Shown: one piece after another, positions 53,558 through 64,000 of the stretch
Position numbering within the stretch: position 1 is the first letter of the stretch
How the letters are laid out: each line of letters opens with the position of its first letter
DNA from: Eledone cirrhosa
Taxonomy: Eukaryota
Length of the DNA: 64,000 nt
Assembly (NCBI GenBank): GCA_964016885.1
Contig: OZ024741.1
Span: 114,700,001-114,764,000 of the forward strand
Reading direction: 5' to 3'
The notes under the pieces: model-generated
Told to the model about the DNA's origin: nothing
The model's database searches: none
What the model saw: the letters and a program-made list of their open reading frames with translations, nothing else
Position numbers and translations under genes: made by a program

Positions 53558-53720
53558 GGCAGTAAAATGGCAGAGTTATTAGAATGTCGGATAGAATGCT
53601 TTGCAGTATTCTTTCCGGTCCTCTGTGCTCTGGGTTCAAATCTCGTCAATGAGGTTAAGTTTGCCTTTTATTGTTCCGACGCCGATAATAAAATTACCAG
53701 TCCCGTACTGGAGTCGATTC
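53558..53720 (+). mobile_element. SINE family A, degraded
   Basis: TGGCAGAGTTATTAGA...GGGTTCAAATCTC...TTTGCCTTTT...CGATAATAAAATTACCAGT. Confidence 0.7.
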
Positions 53721-54087
53721 GTTCTCTATATCTTTTCACATTTCCTCTTATCACCATCTTTTCTTATTCTGGAAGAATTTGGCTGTATTCAGATCTGGAA
53801 AGGAGATGGGCTTCGCCACGTTTAAACAAAATCCCCAGGAAACGTCGTATGTTACTACAGCATCCCTCCGACTCTATAAGGAGTTACGGGTTCATACATA
53901 CAATCTCTAATGAGCTTGCGAAAGAGCCTCTACATAGTCACATGATCTGCTAGAAATAGCATCCAAATTTCAACTAGACAGGTGGTCTATTATGGGTATA
54001 ATAAAAACGCCACACCGCCAATTTCTTATCACACCTGAGGTTTATAATAGACTGGCGAATAATATTTAAGCTTATAGTAATGCCCTA

Positions 54088-54490
54088 AAGAATGCGATCG
54101 CGAATACAAGCGATCGAAATGGGGTTCCTCCGAAGGGAATTTGGAGTAACATTACTCGATAAAGTGCGTACCTTGGAGAGCAGAGAGTTACTCCAAGTAG
54201 AGTCGCTACTTCTCCAATCTGAGAGATCACAGCTCCGATACTATGGGCATGTGGTTAGAATGTCTCAGGAAAGAATCGCTGAACAGATTTTACGGGAGAA
54301 ACCAACAGGTAGGAGACCCAGTGGAAGACCCCGAGCAAGATGGTTGGATAATATCCATGAGCTTGGCTGGTCACGCTTGGGGATCCAGGCGGATCTGTTG
54401 GAGACGGTTGTCTTGTGACAGGACCCATTGGAGGGAGTGTTTGAAGACTCTGCCCCCACAACCCTCTCAGGAATAAGTAGGTGAAGAAAA
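54088..54490 (+). pseudogene. RTE-clade LINE 3' fragment (Expander/Rex3-like C-terminus)
   Basis: RSRIQAIEMGFLRR.GVTLLDKVR...ERSQLRYYGHVVRM...PTGRRPSGRPRARWLD. Confidence 0.88.
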
Positions 54491-54939
54491 GGAGTATTTT
54501 AGTGTTCTTTTAAGAAAGCTTGGACTTGGGATATAGTTTTAGCAATAAGAGGGCGTAAAGAGAATACCTTAGAGATTGTGAAGCAAAAAACAGGAAAAAA
54601 ACAACAACAAAAAAAACCATACTTCCGGCCTCAGCATACAAGCTATACATACTTCTAAGCTCTATGTATTTCCAAAAACTTTATACTTCAAAACTTCACA
54701 TCGTTTCCATTTGTATCGGTCCATAGAAGTGTATTGTGGGAATTGTTAGAGCATTGGATTAGATGATGCTTCGTAATATATCTTTCAGCAATACCTCTTT
54801 GTGTTTCGTGTTGAAATTTCGCTAGAAATACAAATTCCACCGTGGGCCTGGGCTAACTACTTAGCCACATGACTAAAATTTATTATGAAAATTGTAATAG
54901 GTGCGGAAGGAATGTACCATCTGCTATTGCAGTAGAACG

Positions 54940-55113
54940 ATTATGATGATGATGATGATGAAAGGGGTGATGATGATCGTAAGGATGATGATGGTGATGA
55001 TGATGATGATAGTGATGATATGTATCTGCATATAAGCTTTATATATTTCAATTGTTCAGTTCAATGATCACTGTCATATGTATTTATATGTGCACATGCA
55101 AACAAATAACCAT

Positions 55114-55171
<58 letters not shown>

Positions 55172-55240
55172 TCATACCTGTGTGTGTGTGTGTAGGGGAA
55201 GGTGTGTGAGTGTAAAACTATATGCGTGTGTGTGTGAAGT
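54940..55240. repeat. (GAT)n and (CA)n/(TA)n/(TG)n microsatellites
   Basis: Direct reading. Confidence 0.9.
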
Positions 55241-56299
55241 TACTGAGAATTTTTAAAAGTAATTTCCCTTTAGTACAACGGCAAATTTGATAGCAATGAA
55301 GCAAATCATATTTTTCTTTTAGATTATGTCTTGTTTATATTCTAGAAAAATAGTTTATTTCACGTGAAGAGAAATTTTGTCATGAAAGATATCCATCACC
55401 TGAAGAACAGAACAGATTCCATCTCATAATTGTTCAGTTTACTTTTTATTTTTTTCTGAAAGTGAGTTGCGAGAGTGGCCGGGAAAAGAATAAACGGTTT
55501 TCGTGTCTACAATATTTGTTTTTGACAGGCATCTCTTCAATCAACATTACCGTATGGAATGATTATTATTACAGAAATACTGAAGAATAAATGACAGTTG
55601 AGAAATGTTTCCACTTTTTCTAATTACACAACACTGCACTCAATACGCACCATAGAGTCATCTGAAGATCTGAAAACCTGAAATAGCAATACTTGACATC
55701 TCTCTATATCAATCAGGATTGACTTCAAGTAGGTTTCAGCTGTTCTTAAACTTCAAGAGGTTATTCAACAAAGGAAGTATTTTTCTTCTTCAGATTCTAA
55801 TAAATTGTTCATTTCGGTAAAGCCCAAGTTTTCCCCTTGCTTGAATATCAAGCACATGGTTTCCTTTCTATTTCTGAGCGCAAACTAATAATGATTTCTT
55901 TTGACAGGCTTCAAAGATATTTCTATAAGGCAACGAATAAGAATCCGATCCGATCAGATTACATCACATCTATAGGTATGCAGTACTAGAACGTGCTGTT
56001 TCTAACTTTCGCAATCCACAGTCACTTGTTCGATGTTGACCCTGTTAATTATAATATTCTTCAAACCGGCCCTAAACGTTATTCACTAAATGTTCATCTT
56101 TAGTTACTCATGGCCTATTGCACTGCATGTTGGTAGCCATCTTATTGCCGTTCATGAATGTAACTGTTCTGGCTGAGACAAAATACATTCAGATAATCTG
56201 AATCGGTGATCTGCTAGAACATCTTGCATATTTTGCGACTTAGTCCTTTCCAAGATCTCTACTTTTCTGTTAGATGACTCAATATGAATTCTTTAGCGG

Positions 56300-56512
56300 A
56301 CTCTCGTATTTCTCAGTGATATTCAGCATGACACAGTATGTGACAAACCTATCATTACGAGTACAATTAGAGGTAAAACTTATTTTTGCCAGCTGAGTGA
56401 ACTGGAGAACCGTGAGATAAAGTGTCTTGCTTAAGGACACAAAGCGTTACGGGGAATCGAACTCTCACACTTAGTATTGTGAGCTAAACACAATAAACTT
56501 TAAGCGCCTTCA
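56300..56512 (-). mobile_element. SINE family B (CORE-like)
   Basis: TTTTTGCCAGCTGAGTGAACTGGAG...AAAGTGTCTTGCTTAAGGACAC...GGAATCGAACTC; reverse homologue of 7147-7340. Confidence 0.8.
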
Positions 56513-57252
56513 AATCTCAATATTTTTTTAAGATACCGTTTAAGAAAGACGTTCAGCTTTTGTGTTACTTGAGCCACGTTCCACAGACATACAATTGCTG
56601 TTGTTATCAGGATTGAGTGATACAAGACGATCTTCAAGTTGCTACTGATCGATAATAACAAACTTGGACTCTTGCAATGAAAAACGACTCCTACTTTTAT
56701 GAAGAATAACAGTTGATTAAATTTATTCTCGCGATATGACTTGTGTAATCATCGGGAGTGAGACAAGGAAAGGTATGATAATCCCAATATCTTCCAATAT
56801 CCTATTTGCCTTTTACCTTAAACTTGATCTGAGGGTCATTTTGCATGATGAAGGACTGAAGGTCCCGCAGGTATCCATGGCTAAAAATATCGATATATCT
56901 TCCACATTGATATAGATATAATTAATAGGGTTCTTAACTGTTGGTAGAGTCGTAGTAGCGCCATCCTGACACCCAGCGTGTTGCACATTTTCAACTTCTA
57001 TGATTGTTCATATATCCAGTAGTCATGGTATATAAAACATACCAATCCTATATATATATATATCACGGACGCTCTATCTCAAAATTATTTTTGAAAAGCA
57101 TTAGAAATGCGCAACCGGTAAAACTTAAAACCAAAACTGAATACTAACCAATACTATTACTAATTCTCACTTATTCCTAATTAAACTATTTTTCACTGTG
57201 AACAATTTGTCAGCATTTTCTTTTCCGTTTACCAATATATATACATATAGTA

Positions 57253-57582
57253 ATAATTGTTTCTACTTTTGGCACAAGGCCAGCAATTACCTCAGTGCAT
57301 TACTGGAACTTTATTTTATCGACCCCGTAAGGATGAAAGGCCAAGTTAACCTCGGCGGGATTTGAACTCAGAATGGCAAGGGCCGTAACTCTATGCGTCA
57401 AAGCATGGCGTCCGACCCTCTACCGATACTGCCAATCCACATAATTGTTTCTACTTTTGGCACAAGGCCAGCAATAACCCAGTGTATTAACCTCGGCGGG
57501 ATTTGAACTCAGAATGGTAAGGGCCGTAACTCTATGCGTCAAAGCATGGCGTCCGACCCTCTACCGATACTGCCAATCTATA
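57253..57582 (-). mobile_element. Dimeric SINE A (centrally deleted monomer plus full monomer) with candidate 13-bp TSD
   Basis: Junction at 57440/57441; ATATAGTAATAAT at 57245-57257 and 57582-57594. Confidence 0.85.
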
Positions 57583-57777
57583 TATAGTAATAATAATAAA
57601 TGAGAAGATTAAAATCCGAAGAGGTCTCGATAAGGATAATATATATATAAAAATATATAAAAACCATCGAGCAAATATTTATTAAAATAACAGATTACAG
57701 TTTAAGCAAAGAATCGCTGGTTTCACCCTTAACGGGATCTTAATAAATAAATAAATATATATATATATATATATATA

Positions 57778-57966
57778 AAACAAAGAAGGTGTGGTAAGAT
57801 ATCAGGTGGACCATAACTCACCAGAGTACTCGATACTTAGGCTAGTAGAGTGGGTAATAGGAAAAGAGTCAGGACCCGACGGCTGAGCTCGGGCCGTTTC
57901 GACAGCTAGATCCGGATCTAGCCGTCGAAACGGCCGGAGCTCGGCCGTCGGAGTCCTGGCTCTTTT

Positions 57967-57970
<4 letters not shown>
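57778..57970 (+). mobile_element. Unclassified (TA)n-embedded element, copy A: ~80-bp head plus 113-bp palindrome
   Basis: Head shared with 57998-58086 and 59339-59417(-); palindrome 57858-57970. Confidence 0.7.
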
Positions 57971-57997
<27 letters not shown>

Positions 57998-57999
<2 letters not shown>

Positions 58000-58085
58000 C
58001 GAAGGAAATGTGGTAAGGAACCAGATGGACCATAACGCACCAAAGTACTCAATATTTAGGGTAGTAGAGTGGGTAATAGGAACGA

Positions 58086-58086
<1 letters not shown>
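57998..58086 (+). mobile_element. Same element, copy B: head only
   Basis: AACGAAGGAAATGTGGTAAGGAACCAGATGGACCATAA...GTAGAGTGGGTAATAGGAACGAG between TA runs. Confidence 0.7.
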
Positions 58087-58122
<36 letters not shown>

Positions 58123-58539
58123 CTAAAGAAAATTAAGGAAGGACAAGACAACGAACGGAAAACAAGGTAAAACAAACAAAAGATATTTTTAAAGGGAAAC
58201 CTTAAAAAATTATTTTTAGAAAATAAAATTACAAAAGATGGACACAGAATTCCAGGTTCATCGGCCGCTGAGATGGACTTTGGTAGTTTCGGCCCCTACC
58301 AACGGTACTGCTAGTCCACCCGGGGTTCAAAGCGTCTGACACAAGCCAATCTCTGTTCAGTGGAGTAAGAGACGAGAGACAAAACATTAATGTGTAGCAA
58401 TTAAGCTACAATAAGTACATGTAGAATTTTATGTGATATCAGGGATAAATGTGGTGCCTCCTATAGCACGAGTGTCATGTATAAAATGAAGGAAAAAAAG
58501 AAGAAAAAACTTGAAGAAATTATTGTGTTTCCGAAGGAA

Positions 58540-58930
58540 GTAGTTGTTGTTGATGGCGTTGGTGTTGTTGTTTGTGGTGTGGGCACTCGTAGTAGTATAG
58601 GTATTGTTGTGATTGTTGTAACTGGTATATATTCGTGTCGTTGTTGTTTTTGTTATTGTTGTTGTTGTTATTGTTGTTGCTATTGTTGTTGTTGTTGTTT
58701 CTGCTACTGCTGCTGCTTTGTTGTTGTTGTTGCTTGTAGCGTTGATTGTAGTAGTGATATTGGTCTTGTTGTGTTTGTTGTTTTTTGTGTATTTCTAGTT
58801 ACTGCTGGTCGGGTTACTGTGGTTGCTGCCGCAGAGCTGCTGCTGTTGCTGCTGCTGCTGTTGCTGCTGCTGCTGTTGTTGCTGCTGCTGATGATCATGA
58901 TTTGTTGTTGTTGTTGGTGTGATTGTAAGA
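58540..58930. repeat. (GTT)/(GCT) low-complexity tract
   Basis: Direct reading. Confidence 0.9.
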
Positions 58931-59263
58931 ATTGATAAACGACCATATATGATAGCAAAAGATAGTGAGTAATCCGATAATTAATGATGTCATGATTTCT
59001 AATATACCAACACAAAGAATATTGGAGCCAAATTTATGGCAATAAAATGTCCAAATATATTTTCATCACGTTTAGTTTTGTGTATATATAAAGTGACTGA
59101 GGACACTTTATTCGAGATATACTTATGGTGGTCAGTCGATCAGTGGAGCCTACTTGCTCAATAAGTGTGTAGAGATGTAAAACAGATGACAATATTCATA
59201 CATACATACATATACATACGTACATACGCACATACGTACATACACATATATACACACATGCAT

Positions 59264-59300
<37 letters not shown>

Positions 59301-59304
<4 letters not shown>

Positions 59305-59416
59305 AAAACGTTTGACCCCGGGGTCAAACATTTTCTTATTACCCGCTCTACTACCCTAAGTATTGAGTACTCTGGTGCTTTATGGTCCATCTGGTTCCTT
59401 ACCACACCTCCTTCGT

Positions 59417-59417
<1 letters not shown>
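59301..59417 (-). mobile_element. Same element, copy C: head plus 38-bp palindrome
   Basis: TAGGAAAACGTTTGACCCC|GGGGTCAAACATTTTCTTA followed by the reverse-complement head, between TA runs. Confidence 0.7.
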
Positions 59418-59451
<34 letters not shown>

Positions 59452-59633
59452 ATGTACACACACACACATATATGTATATGTATATAGTTACACACGTATA
59501 TACATACATGATGGCTGCCCCTCGTTATCGAGTATGGCCATTGCAAGAGAAAAAAATAATAATAATAATAAATAAATAAAAATAAAATAAAAAAAAGAGA
59601 AATATACATATATATATATATATACATATACAT

Positions 59634-59681
<48 letters not shown>

Positions 59682-59712
59682 ATACATATACACAGACACA
59701 TACATTAATAAC

Positions 59713-59747
<35 letters not shown>

Positions 59748-59840
59748 CAATAGTATTAACGACAACAACAATAATAATATACATATACATATACACACAC
59801 ACGCACACACATAAGCATATCTACACACACACACACACAC
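59418..59840. repeat. Compound microsatellites (TA, TG, CA, AAT)
   Basis: Direct reading. Confidence 0.9.
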
Positions 59841-59848
59841 GATAGCAA

Positions 59849-60688
59849 CTAACAGCGCTGCGATCGAATGTAGCTTTTTAGCCCAGCCAATGATCTAAAA
59901 TGTCTTGCACAGAGTCGGCAACCAAAACATTCACTGGGAATAGTCGGCTGTTGTTGGAGTTCGTGTACTTTTGCATGTCGCTTGAGCCCTCCTGCTGATT
60001 TACATTCTCTACCACATGTTTGGCAAGCATGATGAGTAGCATCTCCAACAGCAGCCTGGTAGTCAACCACTGGTCTTTCTTTATGACTGCAAAGATGACT
60101 TTCGAGTCCAGCTTTGCTTAGGCAGAGTCTCGCACATACACTGCATGTCAGCACCATAGGAGGACCCTCTCCGTCTGGAAGTGCAACAGCAATGCCCTTC
60201 CTCACATCCCGCTTTACTTTCTCGTATGCGATTCGAGATGCCTCAAAGGCAACTTTTCCCTCATATACAGTCTTTCTCCATTTATTACGATCAGCAGCAA
60301 TATTCTCCCATGTATCAGCAGAGATGTTAGCGTCTTTCAGAGAGGCTTTCAAGGAATCCTTATACCTCTTTTTTGGTTTATGTGGCGGTCGTTTTCCTTT
60401 AACCAACTCTCCATAAAAGAGTTGTTTTGGTATTCTAGAATCCTTCATCCTGGCAAGGTGACCACTCCAACGGAGTCGTTGCTTAAGCCCAAGAGCTTCT
60501 ATACTGTCACACATAGAGCTTTCCAAAATCTCGACATCACTGATGTGGTCCCTCCAGTGAAGGCCATGGATCCGTCTGAGACACATCTGATGGAAACGCT
60601 CCAATTGCTTAAGGTGGTGTCGATATGTGACCCAGGTCTCGCAGGCATAAAGAAGACAAGAGAGCACACATGCCCTGTACAACTTTAC
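59849..60688 (-). pseudogene. RTE (BovB-like) LINE 3' fragment; open frame ending in three C2H2-type zinc fingers
   Basis: LYRACVLSCLLYACETW..LERFHQMCLRRI..RLRWSGHLARMKDSRIPKQLFYGEL..KKRYKDSLK; CxxC..H..H twice plus a third decayed finger; 5'-truncated. Confidence 0.92.
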
Positions 60689-60729
60689 ATACATATGTAC
60701 ATACATACATACGTACACACGTACACACA

Positions 60730-60803
60730 TACAATGGAACAGCCTACCTATGAAATTAACGTGTAAGCGGCCAAGCATTCCACAGACATGTGCACCCTTA
60801 AAT
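60730..60803 (-). mobile_element. SINE family B 3' tail fragment
   Basis: Reverse complement AAGGGTGCACATGTCTGTGGAATGCT...CACGTTAATTTC...AGGCTGTTC matches 5975-6035 and 7352-7400. Confidence 0.65.
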
Positions 60804-60805
60804 TA

Positions 60806-60950
60806 CGAGGGTCGGCTGAAAAATTCATAGGCTGACTACGAAGGAGTGATGCTAGAGCTGTAACATGCTACATGCATTAATTTAAACTTTTCTTATTAAT
60901 AATTGCATCATTTCTTTCCAGGGACTATGTTGAAAAATACATCTCATTTA
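60806..60950 (+). mobile_element. Mariner-derived non-autonomous element, one end
   Basis: TA|CGAGGGTCGGCTGAAAAATTCATAGG mariner-type TIR; GGGACTATGTTGAAAAA resembles the transposase C-terminal GDYVEK; second TIR not seen. Confidence 0.65.
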
Positions 60951-61405
60951 ATCATTAATCATTTAATCATTTAATCAAAAATCTGTTTGATTTGAAGTTT
61001 TCAGAAAATATTGGTATTTTCTAAAAATCTGTGGAAGTAGCCATCTTTGTTTATATAACAGGCTGAATGAATTGGGATGTATGACCCAACGGAACAGAAG
61101 TGCCTGTATTTGCCACTGGATGAAATGTTCATTCGTGTGGCTGTTAGTTTTAGGTGCTTGTCACATTTAATCTAATCTCTCGTTGATGATGCCTACGGAT
61201 TATCTGTTACAAACACAATTCTCAGGACGAAACAGATTAAATCTCTAATCTGTCCGGGAGATGAAATAGTTATTGAACAGTCAGTATATTTTATTCTGTA
61301 TTTTCCGTTTGCTTCAGGTTAAATCTGTCAAACCAACGTGGTATTTCAACCCTCGTAATTTTAGACACACGATTTACTGTGTTTATTACTACATATATTA
61401 TTATA

Positions 61406-61733
61406 TAATTGTTTCTACTTTTGGCACAAGGCCAGCAATTATCCCAGTATATTACTGGTACTTTATTTTATCGACTCCGTAAGGATGAAAGGCAAAGTTA
61501 ACCTCGGCGGGATTTGAACTCAGTCCATAAAGGGACGTAACTGTGCTGCAAAGCATGGCGTCCGACCCTCTACCGATACTGCCAATCCACATAATTGTTT
61601 CTACTTTTGGCACAAGGCCAGCAATAACCCAGTGTATTAACCTCGGCGGGATTTGAACTGAGAATGGCAAGGGCCATAACTCAATGCGTCAAAGCATGGC
61701 GTCCAACCCTCTACCGATACTGACAATACACAT
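61406..61733 (-). mobile_element. Second dimeric SINE A
   Basis: Same junction (GCCAATCCAC|ATAATTGTTT at 61590/61591) and same deletion (CCCAGTGTATTA|ACCTCGG) as at 57.3 kb. Confidence 0.85.
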
Positions 61734-61856
61734 AATGTTCAGTATTTATACTTTGAGCTTGTTAATTACAGGGTATCAATATGAGTTATTAACTCTGTCT
61801 TTTATTTGTATATATATATATATATAAATATATACATATCTAGGGTGGGTAAAATT

Positions 61857-61905
<49 letters not shown>

Positions 61906-62179
61906 GATAAATCTACCAAAATATACGGTAGTGTCCAATCCGTATAAAGAACTCAATGTAATCCAAATATCATGAAAAGAGAAGATGCATTAAAAAATCA
62001 TAGGAAAACAGCATATATATGTGAAGTTATGTATATTTCCTCTGATAGTTTGTAATACTTTTACATAGATCTATATGATATACATACCAACACACATACA
62101 AATCCTAGAAACGATCGTAAAATGATGAATTTTTTAATATAAGGAAATTGTTCTTTGTTTTTATTCATTGTTGTTATTA

Positions 62180-62405
62180 ATTTATATATATGCATATATA
62201 TATATATACATATATATAAACATATATACATATATATATATTTAAATATATATATATATATATACATACATATATATATATACATACATATATATATAGG
62301 TAAAATTTCCGAGATATATATATACATACATATATGCACACACACACACACCCACACACCCACATATATATATATGTATATTTGTATATGTGTGTGTGTG
62401 TGCAT
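62180..62405. repeat. (TA)/(CA)-rich microsatellite tract
   Basis: Direct reading. Confidence 0.9.
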
Positions 62406-62974
62406 ACGATTTAAACATGTGCAAAGCATACGTGTATGTAAAAAAATAACATGAAGTAAATAAGAATAACTAAAACAAATGCTGTGAAACATAACGTAAT
62501 TACGCACATAAAGCCAGCGGCTCACAAATTGTCCGCCATTTTTCTAATCTAAAAATATTTACTCCTAGAAATTCAACATCCAAATTGTTTATTAGTCTAT
62601 TCACGTCTACTAGTATGTTGAATACACCTGGAAATTCCTTCAGTCATTTGAAAAGAGTATGTTTACATTTCAGTTTCTTTGTGCGATTTCTTATAATGTT
62701 CGTTCTACAGTGTCCACTTAGATTATCGGGTTGCATTTGCCGAAAGACAACAATGAATGAGAAGATAAAGGGAGAAAAATGGGAAAAAAATGTTAAGATC
62801 ATATATGCATGAGGAAGTATGTATATACATTTATTTCATATAGACGTTACTCAGTTGTTTCATTCGTGTGAAATCCTTATGATGACATCATGTTGATTTC
62901 GAACGAATGAAATAGTTCTAGTTCTGTAAAATACCCCCGCATTCTCTGTCTGTCTGTCTGCATGTATTTCTATC

Positions 62975-62988
62975 TCCCCCCCCCCCTA

Positions 62989-63045
<57 letters not shown>

Positions 63046-63059
63046 TTTACACACACACA

Positions 63060-63109
<50 letters not shown>

Positions 63110-63121
63110 CATATATATATA

Positions 63122-63158
<37 letters not shown>

Positions 63159-63190
63159 TTCTATACCTTTCATTTATATATATATATATT
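62975..63190. repeat. Compound (C)n(TC)n(TA)n(TG)n microsatellite
   Basis: Direct reading. Confidence 0.9.
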
Positions 63191-63453
63191 ATTATTATGT
63201 AATAAACAACATAAGGCAATTATTCCATTTACCAGTGGTTTCTTAAAAGCAAAAGGTTTTGCTTTCAATCCTCAGAATGAAAAAATCCTGGTTTGTTTAT
63301 TGAATTTGGATTATATTTGGTTTTTATAATCCAAATTCAATAAACAAACCAGGATTTTTTCATTCTGAGGATTGAAAGCAAAACCTTTTGCTTTTAAGAA
63401 ACCACTGGTAAATGGAATAATTGCCTTATGTTGTTTATTACATAATAATAATA
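63187..63453. repeat. Perfect inverted repeat with 129-bp arms and a 9-nt spacer
   Basis: 63187-63315 is the exact reverse complement of 63325-63453; spacer TTTGGTTTT. Confidence 0.95.
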
Positions 63454-63517
63454 ATTAAGCTCTGTTGCCTACATAGAGCACTCTTTTTTCCTGGACTTTT
63501 CCGATGGAATTACTTCA

Positions 63518-63520
<3 letters not shown>

Positions 63521-63610
<90 letters not shown>
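63521..63610. repeat. (AT)n microsatellite
   Basis: Pure run. Confidence 0.97.
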
Positions 63611-63612
<2 letters not shown>

Positions 63613-64000
63613 TTAAGTCGTTTGGAAGCCTCGACAATGGAAATGGGTAAATCTCCGGGTAACAAGATCCGGTGGTGGAGAGAGAGATCTAAGTGGGTGT
63701 ACGTTGAGATGCGTGGTGTGGATAAGATGTGTGAGATGTGTAGAATGAAGGGAAGAGTATAAAGGATAAAATAAAAATAACAACACAAGAGAGAGTTACC
63801 TTGGGAGAGATTTAATAATCCCTATATATTTCGGATTCACATCCATCAACTGGGGGTTTTTTCCGGGGTGGGGGAAAAGGTTGTCTGTCGGACAGGTGCG
63901 GAACGCGTCCTCCGCTGTTTGTTGTTTTGAATATTTGAGGTATTCGGCAGAGCGCGCGTGCGAACTGTTGCCTACGCACATACGTCGTGTATAAGATAGA

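Noticed and set aside
58477-59015. Cys/Leu-rich and poly-Ser/Gln ORFs
   Set aside because: (GTT)/(GCT) repeats
60689-60778. N-terminus of the 309-aa ORF as a real gene start
   Set aside because: It is read-through of a SINE tail and a microsatellite; RTE similarity begins at ~60688
62061-63788. Multiple ORFs of 60-154 aa
   Set aside because: Derived from TA/CA microsatellites and the palindrome arms

Overview
AT-rich eukaryotic, non-genic DNA, probably an octopus or related cephalopod (inferred from the SINE types and microsatellite load). No host protein-coding gene, RNA gene or CRISPR array is supported. About 41.4 kb (~9876-51280) is one satellite array of ~845 copies of a 49-bp monomer (CTGGCTACCTTTAGTGGAGTCCACACTGTTTAACACTACCAC[TTA/CTG]GTCC). 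It has diverged monomers at both edges, no net indel across 828 units, nested multi-monomer duplications (30, 34, 49, 89 and 130/136 units) and two co-varying palindromic monomer classes. The flanks hold transposon remnants: a non-autonomous Helitron-like element, a Penelope-like element with an inverted 5' half, CRE-type endonuclease fragments, two RTE LINE 3' ends, a hAT MITE, a mariner end, two tRNA-derived SINE families (including a dimer), microsatellites and several near-perfect palindromes. The most unusual item is a three-copy (TA)n-embedded element at 57.8-59.4 kb with a conserved ~80-bp head and a variable, loopless, CCGG-centred terminal palindrome. Family names come from motif recognition only; no database search was run.
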